A DNA stretch of 64,000 bases from Marsupella aquatica (GCA_973895155.1 OZ316891.1:16519651-16583650); one strand, 5' to 3'. Counted from the stretch's first letter, positions 26,785-37,069 are shown. A program made the numbers and translations. The notes: generated by a model not told the origin, from the sequence alone.

Positions 26785-29700
26785 AGCCGGGGGTATGCCC
26801 TGTGCACGTCATCTAGGAGAGCAGATGATGTGTGGATTCTTGATTGTGCTTGCTCTTTTCATATTTGTTACATTCGTGAGTTTTTCAGTTCTTACTCTGT
26901 TTCAAACGGTTCAGTTCTGATGGGAAATGATCACTCCTGTCAAATTGAGGGAATTGGGTCTGTGAAGATTCAAATGTTTGATGGCGCTGTGCGCATAGTG
27001 TCCGGAGTCAGGTATGTACCTGGCATGCGTAAGAATCTGATTTCACTCGGTGTGTTGGATTCAAATGGTCATCAATGGAGCGTTATTGATGGTGAACTTC
27101 AAGTCAGGTCGGGAGAGACAGTGATTTTGAAGGGGAGTAGACAAAAGAATTTGTATGTGTTACAGGGCAATACTGTATGTGGAGAGGCCAATGTAACCAA
27201 GTCTCACGAGGAGATGACTCAACTGTGGCATTCACGGCTAGGCCACATGAGTGAGAAGGGTTTGGCTATCTTACGGAAGAATGGACTCATTTCTGATTTG
27301 CAATCTTGTAAATTAGAGTTTTGTGAGCATTGCATTCTTGGAAAACAGCATCGTCGTGCTTTTGGTGTTGGAACTCATCGTTCCAAAGCGGTTCTTGAGT
27401 ACATACATAGTGACGTGTGGGGTCCATCCCCGACTCCCTCACACTCTGGAAAGTTGTACTATGTATCATTTATTGATGATTACTCAAGATTTGTGTGGAT
27501 TTATTTCATGACGCATAAGTCTGATGTCTTATCCATTTTTAAGAAGTGGAAGGCCCAGGTGGAGAATCAGACTGGAAACACGATCAAGTGTTTGGATACA
27601 AGGGTGAAGAGTCTGAGGTCAGACAACGGCGGGGAGTACACTTCAATGGAATTTGAAGAGTACTGTTCAGAACAGGGGATAACTCGCCATCTCACCACAG
27701 TTTATACTCCGCAGCAGAATGGTATCGCTGAGAGGCTCAATCGGACACTGTTGGAGCGGTCATGGAGTATGTTGAGCCAATCAGGTTTACCACAAGAATT
27801 TTGGGCAGAAGCTGTCAATACCGCAGCTTATTTGGTAAATCTTTCTCCTTCTAGTGCTATCAATTTCAAAACGCCGTTTGAGATGCGCTATAAGCGGCAA
27901 GCAGACTATCATGGCTTGGTAATTTTTGGAAGTGATGCATATGCTCTCACACCAAAGCAGAATAGGACCAAGTTGGATCCTACCTCCAGGAAATGTGTTT
28001 TTCTTGGGTACCAGAGTGGTGTGAAAGCCTATAGGCTATGGGATCCTATTGCCTGTAAGCTCGTTGTCAGTAGGGATGTTTCCTTCAATGAATCCAGATT
28101 ATTGAAGGAGGGGGAGAATACTCAGGTCTCCCGTACTGACAAAGGAAAATCTCCTATCCCGGATCTCGTTGAGGGGGAGATTGGTTATGAGGTGCATGAC
28201 CGGAGAGAAGGAGTTGCTCCAATTATGGAGCTGGTTCCTATGCCAGAGGAACCAGAGGAGTTTGTTGATGCTGTTGAGCTTCAAATTGTACCAGCACACG
28301 CAGATCAACCGGAGTCATCGGCTAGAAGAACATCTGGTCGCACTGTACGCGCTCCATCAAGGTATGGACAGTGGATTGATTCATCTCAACTGCAAGAGGA
28401 TGATTTTATAGCTGATGATGAGGGTGATGCGTTAATTTTGGAAGAAGGAGAACCTTCTTCATTTCATGAGGCAAGTGCTTCAAAAGAGAAGCAAAAGTGG
28501 ACTGCAGCAATGCAAACGGAGATGCAGTCACTAAAGGACAACAAAACTTGGGAGCTTGTTAAGCTGCCTAAGGGTCAGCAAGTGGTGGACAGCAAGTGGA
28601 TTTACAAGCTGAAGGATAATTCCATAGGAGGTGGATCGAAGGTCTACAAGGCTAGATTGGTAGCAAAGGGATTCACACAAGAGAAAGGTGTGGATTACAA
28701 TGAGGTCTTCTCACCAGTTGCTAAGTACTCTACAATACGACTATTGTGTGTACTTGTTGTAATGTTTGGTCTGCTCCTAGATCAGATGGATGTTGTCACA
28801 GCTTTCCTCTATGGCACATTGGAAGAGGTGATCTTCATGAGACAACCGCTAGGTTTTGTGAAGAGAGGACAGGAGGAATTGGTTTGCAGATTGCTGAAAT
28901 CCTTGTATGGGTTGAAGCAGTCACCAAGACAGTGGAACAAGCGGTTTGACGATTGGATTCGGTCACAAGGTTTTCACAGAAGTGTATTTGACCCTTGTGT
29001 GTATTTGAAACCGGTGAAGAATGTTGTCTTTGGGTTCATTGTTTTAGTACTTTATGTGGATGACATGCTAATTGCAGCCAAGGATAGGTCTGAGATTGTT
29101 AAGCTCAAGGCACTGCTTAGTGCAGAGTTTAAGATGAAGGACTTAGGGCCAGCTAAGAGGATTTTGGGTATGGAGATCACTAGGGACTTGGAGGCTGGCA
29201 AGCTATGGTTGACGCAAAGCAGTTATGCGAGGAAGGTAATTGCAAGGTTCAACATGGAGAATAGCAAGCCAGTAAGTACCCCGTTGGCTCCACACTTCAA
29301 GTTATCATCAGCGTTCTGTCCTATGGATGACATAGAGAAGGGGTTGATGTCAAAGGTTCCATATGACAAGGCAGTGGGGAGTCTCATGTATTTGATGACT
29401 TGCACTAGACCTGATCTTGCCATGGCTATGGGCAAGGTGAGCAGGTACATGTCGAATCCAGGGAAGGTACACTGGGAAGCAGTGAAGTGGATTATCAGGT
29501 ACTTGAAGGGTACCGTGGATCATGGTCTTTTATTTGATGCGAATGCAAAGAATGCTAGATCATTGATTGGCTATGTAGATTCTGACTATGGACAAGATTT
29601 GGACCGAAGGAGATCAACAACAGGATACGTGTTCACACTTGGCGGTGGATGCATAAGTTGGAGGTCTACTTTGCAGAAGTGTATTGCTCAGTCTACTACA

Positions 29701-30036
29701 GAAGCGGAGTATGTTGCAGCTGCGGAAGCAGCAAAGGAAGCGATTTGGTTGGATAGACTTATCACTGAAATGGGATTGCCACAGGGGAATGTGAAGCTCC
29801 ATTGTGATAGTCAAAGTGCGCTCCACCTTGCTGTGAACCAGGTGATGGACAGCAGAGTGAAGCACATTGACGTCAGGTACCATTTTATCAGGCAGGCTGT
29901 GTCTGATAATTTGTTTGAGCTAGTCAAGATTGATGGTAAACTCAACCCGGCTGACGCATTTACCAAAGTGATTCCTTTGGAGAGTTTCTCTAGACACCGT
30001 GACGTATTGCAGGTTTTGCAATTGCATCACAAGTAG
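26785..30036 (+). CDS. pol: Copia pol (protease-integrase-RT-RNase H), in frame with gag beyond a TGA
   Basis: WILDCACSFHI, WHSRLGH, LRSDNGGEY, QQNGIAER, YKARLVAKG, LYVDDM, DSQSA, KHIDVRYHFIR. Confidence 0.97.
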   Translation, partial: SRGYALCTSSRRADDVWILDCACSFHICYIREFFSSYSVSNGSVLMGNDHSCQIEGIGSVKIQMFDGAVRIVSGVRYVPGMRKNLISLGVLDSNGHQWSVIDGELQVRSGETVILKGSRQKNLYVLQGNTVCGEANVTKSHEEMTQLWHSRLGHMSEKGLAILRKNGLISDLQSCKLEFCEHCILGKQHRRAFGVGTHRSKAVLEYIHSDVWGPSPTPSHSGKLYYVSFIDDYSRFVWIYFMTHKSDVLSIFKKWKAQVENQTGNTIKCLDTRVKSLRSDNGGEYTSMEFEEYCSEQGITRHLTTVYTPQQNGIAERLNRTLLERSWSMLSQSGLPQEFWAEAVNTAAYLVNLSPSSAINFKTPFEMRYKRQADYHGLVIFGSDAYALTPKQNRTKLDPTSRKCVFLGYQSGVKAYRLWDPIACKLVVSRDVSFNESRLLKEGENTQVSRTDKGKSPIPDLVEGEIGYEVHDRREGVAPIMELVPMPEEPEEFVDAVELQIVPAHADQPESSARRTSGRTVRAPSRYGQWIDSSQLQEDDFIADDEGDALILEEGEPSSFHEASASKEKQKWTAAMQTEMQSLKDNKTWELVKLPKGQQVVDSKWIYKLKDNSIGGGSKVYKARLVAKGFTQEKGVDYNEVFSPVAKYSTIRLLCVLVVMFGLLLDQMDVVTAFLYGTLEEVIFMRQPLGFVKRGQEELVCRLLKSLYGLKQSPRQWNKRFDDWIRSQGFHRSVFDPCVYLKPVKNVVFGFIVLVLYVDDMLIAAKDRSEIVKLKALLSAEFKMKDLGPAKRILGMEITRDLEAGKLWLTQSSYARKVIARFNMENSKPVSTPLAPHFKLSSAFCPMDDIEKGLMSKVPYDKAVGSLMYLMTCTRPDLAMAMGKVSRYMSNPGKVHWEAVKWIIRYLKGTVDHGLLFDANAKNARSLIGYVDSDYGQDLDRRRSTTGYVFTLGGGCISWRSTLQKCIAQSTTEAEYVAAAEAAKEAIWLDRLITEMGLPQGNVKLHCDSQSALHLAVNQVMDSRVKHIDVRYHFIRQAVSDNLFELVKIDGKLNPADAFTKVIPLESFSRHRDVLQVLQLHHK

Positions 30037-30227
30037 AGTTTTCTTAAACATTCATTGTAATTACTGATATATGCTCTTCCTCATTCCTATGTATTAGGCT
30101 ACGGCTTAGTTCTGGTTTGCTCTAGTTAGAGAGGGAAATCGGTTTGGTTTCTGTCCAGAACTTCCCGCTGAGGGATCATATACATTGGCAGTATTACTCT
30201 CCCCTAGACCAGAGTCAAGGGGAAGAT

Positions 30228-30648
30228 TGTTGGGTATTTACTCTTACGTCTAGGTTAGGTATGACGTGGTTGGTACAACAACGTGGGTTGGTACAACTAC
30301 GTGGTTAGGTACAACTACGTGATTAGGTACAACTATGTGGTTAGGTACAACTACGTGATTAGGTACAACTATGTGGTTAGGTACAACTAAGTTGCACACT
30401 ATATCATAAGAGGCATGTGTGCTTGGAGAGGTAGAACCAAGGCTCATTGTTATGGAGCCACTTGAGAGATAGGGAGAGCTTACACTGTGGAGACTCGGTA
30501 TAGCCGACGGGCTTAGAGTTCAGTAAAGCTCTCTTGTGTGTTCCCGTGGACGTAGCCTCAAGGAGGTGAACCACGTATCTCTTGTGTCGACTATTGTGCG
30601 TTGGATGGTTCATGGGCTTGCCGTTGCGATCGTCGTCTATGCTCAACA
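30228..30648 (+). repeat. Copia 3' LTR
   Basis: Direct repeat of 24175-24595, followed by TSD CCGAG. Confidence 0.97.
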
Positions 30649-33462
30649 CCGAGGGTAAACTACCCCCAAGGGAAATGTCCGAGTGGGAAAGAATTCACTG
30701 CCCATGGTACCTTGACACAGACAAGTGGGATTCACCCTTTGATGAAGTGGAGAATGATTGGTTTCTGAAACTTGCAAAGTCGCAGATCCTTCCCAACATT
30801 GTTTCTGAGATGAAGCAAGGTCTCCTTAGCGACATCGATAAATCTTCTACGGAGTTACAGACAATCTGTGAGACAGTAGTTGTCCATGTATATAGGAGCC
30901 ACAAGCCACGAGGGAAAGTTAAAATAGACACTGCAGTGCCAAGTGCCTCCACGCGATCCGGAAAGAAACGTAAGTTTTCAATCTTTTTTTCAAATGTTTG
31001 CTAGCGCCCGGCGCTGCCATTCTTGTGATTCAATCTTCATCAGTGTTTGCTTGAAGGCCCTAATCCCACATTCTTTGCAATATGTTCATAGGTCAAAAGA
31101 AGTCAGATGCAGATGGCACAAATGATATGAAGGTTACTCCAGAAGCTTCAGAAGCAAATACTGGCGCTTTGCCAGATCCACTTACACCAGTTAATTTTGG
31201 GAAATCGATTGTCCCAGTCAATGCGACGAGTACAAAAAAGAAAAGCAGAAGGACTCGAGATGCTGGACAATCAGAACGGGATTCTCAGGCTGCCACTGGG
31301 CTCCAACGTGATGTTGGGGATTTTAAAGCCAAGTCGTCTCGTCATTGTTTCGTTGAGACCAGTGTCAGTGAACTTGTGGACAGTGTGTTTAATAAGGAGG
31401 GGAAGCCGGAATGGGTAAATGATGCCGAAAAGTGGGGGAAAGACCTGATCAAATCTGGATGCCGGCTGAAAGGAGTGGTGAGGGGTGGGAAGCAAAGACC
31501 TTTTGGTGTTGATGCTGGTTTTATCTACTTGCCAACTGGACTAAAACCGACTTTGCTTGACAGAAAGGTCCCTAAATGGAACGTCCCCGACTGTACCCTA
31601 GCCCGATCCTTTTTCCGGGCAATGGATCCTTTTTTGTTGGATGACAAAATTATTGCGATACTCCATACGGGGGAGTATGATCAAATTTCGCAGGTCATCT
31701 CCGCTTGTCAGGAGTCCAAGAAATTCCAATGTCTATGTACACATAATGTCGTCATGGGGTTCCCAATGTACAAAGCGAAGTCTGATTTACAGGTAATTTT
31801 GTTGATCCTTTTGCTAGCGCCCAACGCTATTCATATTGTCTATTACTTTCTTTTTTTATTTGACCTTATTTCAGGTAAACTATTCAATGTGATTTTGTGG
31901 ATTATTTGCTAGCGCCCGGCGCTATTGTAATCTAAGGGTCCTTCCTCTATTTTGTTCCCTTTTCAGGTATTCACTTTACGTTTGGATGTATTTTCGCAGA
32001 TATCATCCAAGGTGAAAGTCCCAAAAGATCCTAAGTTCAAACCCCTTTCAAAAACAGAGGATCCTTCCATTACAAATCTGATCGGACTTCCCTTCGCGAA
32101 GGTTGATACAACTCCAGAGCTTGAATTTGCCAGGAATGCCAGACTACATCCAGGATTCATGCAGTCTGTGTTGGAACTAATTACGTGTCCAGGAGATATT
32201 GTTCTGGATCGGGCGGTAGGTTCGGGGAGTACATTTGTTGCAGGTGATAATTGTGGTCGATTTGTAATTGGACTCGAGAATAGGAAGGAGTTTGTTGAAA
32301 CCGCTTCTAAGGTATTTCTGGATCTTCTTACTCCAAAAGAGTCTGAGCCCAAAGCCCCTCCAAAGTCTTCAATTTCAAAACGAAAGAGAGACAAACTGAA
32401 GTCTGTCTTAAATTTTGATTCTGAAGATGAGGATGAGATAGAAGAGGGGGAAGAAGAGGAAGATCCTAACATTCCCAAAGTGTCTCTTACCGGAGAAGAT
32501 CCAGGATCTAATCGAGGGAGTGACAACAGAGACTCTTCTGAGTAAGAAGCTTCCGAGTAAGCTCTTAAGCAAACCCGGTTTTTTAGTAGATTACCTTATT
32601 CTCTCTTCGATTTCTCAATTTTTTTCATTTTTTAAAATATTCTTGGCGTTGACATAAAACCCTAAACTTCTTGTCCTCAGGTCAGACTGGAATCTTCGCC
32701 GGCGTTTCCAACTCAGAAGAAAAGTAGCTAGGCGATATATTAAAACTCCCGAGAAACCATTTGTACTACCTTCCTATGCTGAGAATATTGCTAGATGAAC
32801 TGATAGTGTGCGGACCCTCCATTGGGAGCATAAAGGTTTGAGATTAAGGAGAGGGTCTGATAGAAAATTTATTCGTAGTCGATATGTTGATGATATGGCC
32901 AAGAACGAATTTTTAGACATGGAGGCAAAATCCACCGACAGGTCCGAGTCAAGTGAATCAGAATTCTCAGATTGATTTGCCTCAAAAGGGTATTTTGGGA
33001 TTTATATACACTGAAGTTATACTAGCGCCGGGCGCTACTGTTATGTAACCTGCAAACATCGTTTATTCAAATGTATTCGATACATTGGATACTTTTGTGG
33101 TGTATCTTTATTCTATTTTGTTCTCTATATTGTAATGTTTTTATGGTAGCGCCCGGTGCTACCATAATTTAATGTCCATGATCATATACCCGCATATTTT
33201 TCAATTTCGTTTTGTCCATTTTTGAGGGTCAGTTTACTTCCTAAGACCGGACATTCCGAGTGGTCGAAAACAATTGACCTGCAACTCCGTTTATGTTGGG
33301 TCTATTTCTCAATTGAATTATGCTAGCGCCTCACGCTACTAAAACATATTTCGGAAACATTGTCCGTTAAGTGTTTTCCACATGTCAGCGACAATTGTTT
33401 TGTTTGTTCCTTCTATTATTAACGTAAACATTTTAATACTATAATATTAGCGTCGGGCGCTA

Positions 33463-34392
33463 CTATAACTGTATGACGGTCAAGGCAATCTTACAATGAT
33501 TCTCCCGTACGCTCTGGATGACGTCAATGGAAGTTTTGAGGTAATCTTTTGTCCTGTTCTAAGTTTGTTTGGCCTGTCGCGACTCGCATGTGAGCTGGTA
33601 CCGGATTTTTCTCATCCAAACGGCCACTTCACGTCACAACGGGACTTTGGATGCCATAAACATTTTGGGATTCCAATACTGGTTTTGGTCAACCGTTTCT
33701 GAATGGAGACGAAGGTAAACGTCGCAAGTATCATGTGAGATGGGAGTGACCGTTCCATGTTGAACGGGTAGTTTGGGGACTTTGAGGATGCAACGTCCAT
33801 CCCCTCCCTCATTACAATGGGCGTATCCAGGTCGAACGGGTTTGCTTATAATACTTGGGAGATTAAATCCCGACTGCCTAGTTTCACTATTGCTTTAGTG
33901 GTTTCTGTTCCCACTTTCGATAATCTTCGAGCTCTTTCGCTGACCGGGGTCGTATTGATAACTATATCTTTGAATCTGCCATCCGCTGCCTAGACGTGTC
34001 TTACCATGAATAACCCGAGGAGAATCTCTGTGGCCTCTTTTCAAAGACACACCACAATCATTTCGGAGGAGGGCTCGGTTCCAGAAACTGAGCAGTCTGA
34101 ATGGTCGGAGACAAGTGCTTTCCGCAACCGTTTTAATCTCCCCCAAGACAAAGCCATTAGTCCTGGTGACAATCTGATCCCATGGCTGAGGGATTCTCCG
34201 CCTAGGAGATTTGCAGAGCGGTTTACGATTCACTGGCCACCTCCTCCTTATAGTCCAACTCGGGAGGATGAGATGAGGAAACAGGAAGAACTTGGCCGTG
34301 TTGATTTCCAAAACACGACCATTCCTGGCGTGTTTCCCCGAACCAGTGATGAGCGAGTTCCGTCGATGGCGTTTGTGAGGAACCGTGAGCAC
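33463..34392 (-). pseudogene. Orphan ORF of the large transposon with three in-frame stops
   Basis: The frame continues past TAA 33895, TGA 33634 and TAG 33559 to a TAG at 33463 that abuts palindrome 33448-33462. Confidence 0.35.
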
Positions 34393-34482
34393 GGTTTCGT
34401 TCCCGATAGAGCCCGATCTAATGCTGGAGTGAACGATGAATGTGGCTCATCGACCAATGAGCGGACTAGCACCCGGCGCTAG
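34006..34482 (+). CDS. Hypothetical 158-aa orphan ORF of the large transposon
   Basis: ATG-initiated; its stop overlaps the end of palindrome 34467-34481; no known motif. Confidence 0.35.
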   Translation: MNNPRRISVASFQRHTTIISEEGSVPETEQSEWSETSAFRNRFNLPQDKAISPGDNLIPWLRDSPPRRFAERFTIHWPPPPYSPTREDEMRKQEELGRVDFQNTTIPGVFPRTSDERVPSMAFVRNREHGFVPDRARSNAGVNDECGSSTNERTSTRR

Positions 34483-35309
34483 CGTAGGTCTCTAAGACTA
34501 TGGTGCCCATAGCGCTCAAGTTTTTCCGAATGTGATGAAGACTTCGTCGGGACTCGACCGGAATTTAGAAATCTTGTCGTTAGATGTAGCCATTTTGGTT
34601 ATCGATTGTGTGGAGTTCGGTGAAGTGCCTAGCACTAGTTTACTATTCGGCCATTTTAATCGAGACGCGTCGGATGCGCGTAGCTTTTTGAAACTTTCAT
34701 ACCTTCCGTTTATGGTGTGGTTATGCGGATCACTTTAATCTTTTGTAAGCACCTGGCGCTACCATCTTACTAAAAAAAATTGTATCGCAAGACTTTGTGG
34801 ATTTTGGGGTGGTGTTCAATTATGCGAATTGGTTGGAGTTGGCTCTTTTGGATGTAAAACCCTAAACGTTGGTCCGATGGTCCCGGTGGTTTCGTCGTAT
34901 TTATCACGTCGGCCTCCATCTGACTGAGCAATATAACTAGCGCCCGACGCTAGTATCTTCACCGGTCCGACGGAGGCGCCCGAGTTTCTTGTTTAGAGCC
35001 CATTCTGTACAATTACAATGGCAACTCCTGGTGCGTGCCTGTGCTTTTTAGTATAACCCAGGTTCAAATGTACCGTTCCCCTCGGCTTAGTATTCGAGCG
35101 CCTGTTGCTATTCTACATCTTTTTTTTTGGACTTGACTACAATCTTCTAAACACCCCGTTTTGGGTGTCAAGTTCTTGCTTAACAACAAAAAAGTTTCCG
35201 GTATTTTTTGTTTAAGTTTGGTGTATTCGGTTTCCTGTTTCCTGTCATCGGTTCCTGTTTTGGGTTTCCTGTTTTGGGTTTCCTGTTTCCTGTCTTATGT
35301 AAATACCCC

Positions 35310-35761
35310 GACCAATGCTTGCTCAAGTTGAAGGAGGATACCAACAGTATTATAGACCAAGAGGCTACAATTGTTATCTTGATGCGCTTGAGAGTAACCC
35401 TTCACTCCATTTGCAGGTGCTACATCAAGTCTTTGCACAACATATATGAAGATTCTCACACTCTTCTCCAAGGGTACATATTGACGTAGAGAAGCTTGAG
35501 CTTGCCCATGCTCATTGCCAGGCCAGTCACTCATGTCGTGGACCACAAACCAGGCCTTTGGTTGAACATGCCCCGACATCTGGTAGGTCAATAGTGCAAC
35601 CCCAACTGGTTAAGCATGCCCATTCTGCACCTATGCTTGTCCCTTCTTGCAATTACTATGGGAATGCAGATCGTAAGGCTAATGAATGTGATGTCCGGGC
35701 TGGGGATGAGCTCTACTATGAGTTTTGTGGGAAGTCTGGACATTTGGAACCTGTATGGTAA
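35310..35761 (+). pseudogene. Retroelement gag-like remnant (insertion target; upstream part at 16964-17042)
   Basis: Decayed zinc knuckles CNYYGNADRKANEC and YEFCGKSGHLEP. Confidence 0.5.
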
Positions 35762-37069
35762 TGGCAATGCTTCTCCAAGTTTCCAGAGCGGACAAAACTC
35801 ACAGTAGAGCTTTTCCAACCATGTTAAAAGCTTCTACTCTTGTCAAGAGGTTGAAGAGTTATGACCAGAATAGAACTCAGATGTGCTCAAAATGGCGTTT
35901 TGAGAACCGACAATGCCTTGAAAGCTTGTGTTCGGCCTGTCCCTGTACAAATTGACCTCCCCCTATTCATGCACGTCTTTCACATTCAGTGCTTCACTAC
36001 AATTGTCATCCAAACCCAAATCTGATTGATAAGCAATTACCAGATTGCTACATCAGCGGATGTAATCCTGTCAAGAGAGTTCTTCTTGAGTAATTATACG
36101 TATGTAGCATGTAGAGTGAGTAGTACATATGAAAACCAACACCATGCCATGATGTGCTGGGAGCATCTAAAGAGTCATAGCCAATCCTCAAATGTGTGGA
36201 GGTGCCATGGAGTGTACTACCATAACCAAGTGCTTGCAAAGCTAAAGCTAAGACTCAAGAAGAACTCAAGTGAATGTGCAGAGCAATCTAAGTATGTTGG
36301 CTCTGGAGTGCTCCTAACAAAGACTATTTGCTTCAAGAACAACCAGGGTTTGCTACAAGAACATTGCCCAAAGTGCTACTAAGAGGAGAATGCTTGCTTG
36401 GAGAAGAATTCAAGCACATCTACTATAGCTTGCATATATGCCTCTAAATGAATCCGTGGACCCCCATGTTCATCCAAGGAATGTGTGTTTGATGAAGTGA
36501 AATCAATTTTCAACAAGGCGGTAATCGCCCGGGTAATCGACGGTTTTGAGTCTCCCAATGGTCTTGGTGTGTGCTCGTACTAAAGAAAAGTAACGCTCAA
36601 AAGATAGAGGAGATTTATCAACGAAAGGTTGAATATGGAGGAATTGAGTTTTTTTGACGGTTTTTGCTTACACATTAGAGAAATTGTGTTTCTATCATTC
36701 ATGATTGATCATTTGTGAGTTACATTGAGCATTACCGCCACAAGACAGACCAGAGGACAACACTTAGCTATTGGCAAAAGAGCGCGTGTTGATTCGGTGG
36801 GAAGAACACACAAAACAAACAAGTCATCGCTTCACATGAAGGATTTGCAGTTTTTTTATTTAAGAAAGCTATGGTGTGAGAGGGAGACCAATGATTGTTT
36901 CTTTGACATAGAGGCTGCATTTGGCATCAACCTGTGTTCAGAGTGAGCTTCAGTTGAAGACTAGAGGAATGCAAACAATTCAAGCCGGGAAGCAAGCATT
37001 GTGGACAAGGGATGGCGACGTAATCAAAGAAATCAAGTTTCAACCTCTAAGTTTGTGACGGTGATGAGA

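Larger units (their letters stand above)
24175..30648 (+). mobile_element. Ty1/Copia LTR retrotransposon, full length, recent
   Basis: 421-bp LTRs (TGTTG...CAACA) with 2 differences seen by eye; TSD CCGAG; PBS TGGTATCAGAGC (tRNA-iMet) 24598-24609; PPT 30217-30227. Confidence 0.98.
22269..32975 (+). pseudogene. Spliced ParB/Srx-like + beta-class N4/N6 DNA-methyltransferase-like fusion, interrupted by Copia
   Basis: Exons 22269-22987, 23157-24174 + 30654-30969, 31092-31792, 31967-32541, 32681-32975 join in frame. ParB-like IPLCRL..VR..LKDSFRSSGY..F.V..FSVFDENHQLYSW. MTase-like VDAGFIYLPTG (motif IV position) precedes TCPGDIVLDRAVGSGSTFVAG..CGRFVIGLE (motif I/II). Stops at 23593, 23875 and in the last exon. 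Confidence 0.8.
17296..35110. repeat. Dispersed 15-bp palindrome TAGCGC-NNN-GCGCTA (19 clear + 3 degenerate copies)
   Basis: Starts at 17296, 17511, 19211, 19287, 21562, 21625, 21770, 21843, 23116, 31002, 31815, 31910, 33023, 33147, 33324, 33448, 34467, 34747, 34938; degenerate at 19142, 34623, 35096. Confidence 0.93.
17043..35309. mobile_element. Large MULE-like DNA transposon carrying a ParB-methyltransferase-like gene
   Basis: Imperfect TIRs GGGGCAT..AGACAGGAAACAGGAAA / TTTCCTGTTTCCTGTCT..ATACCCC; TSD GACCAAT at 17036-17042 and 35310-35316; removal rejoins the host frame DDGPMLAQVEGG. Confidence 0.88.

Noticed and set aside
22269-32975. Bacterial or phage contamination as the source of the ParB-MTase gene
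   Set aside because: Phase-consistent GT-AG introns, a nested plant Copia and continuous plant TE flanks with a TSD.
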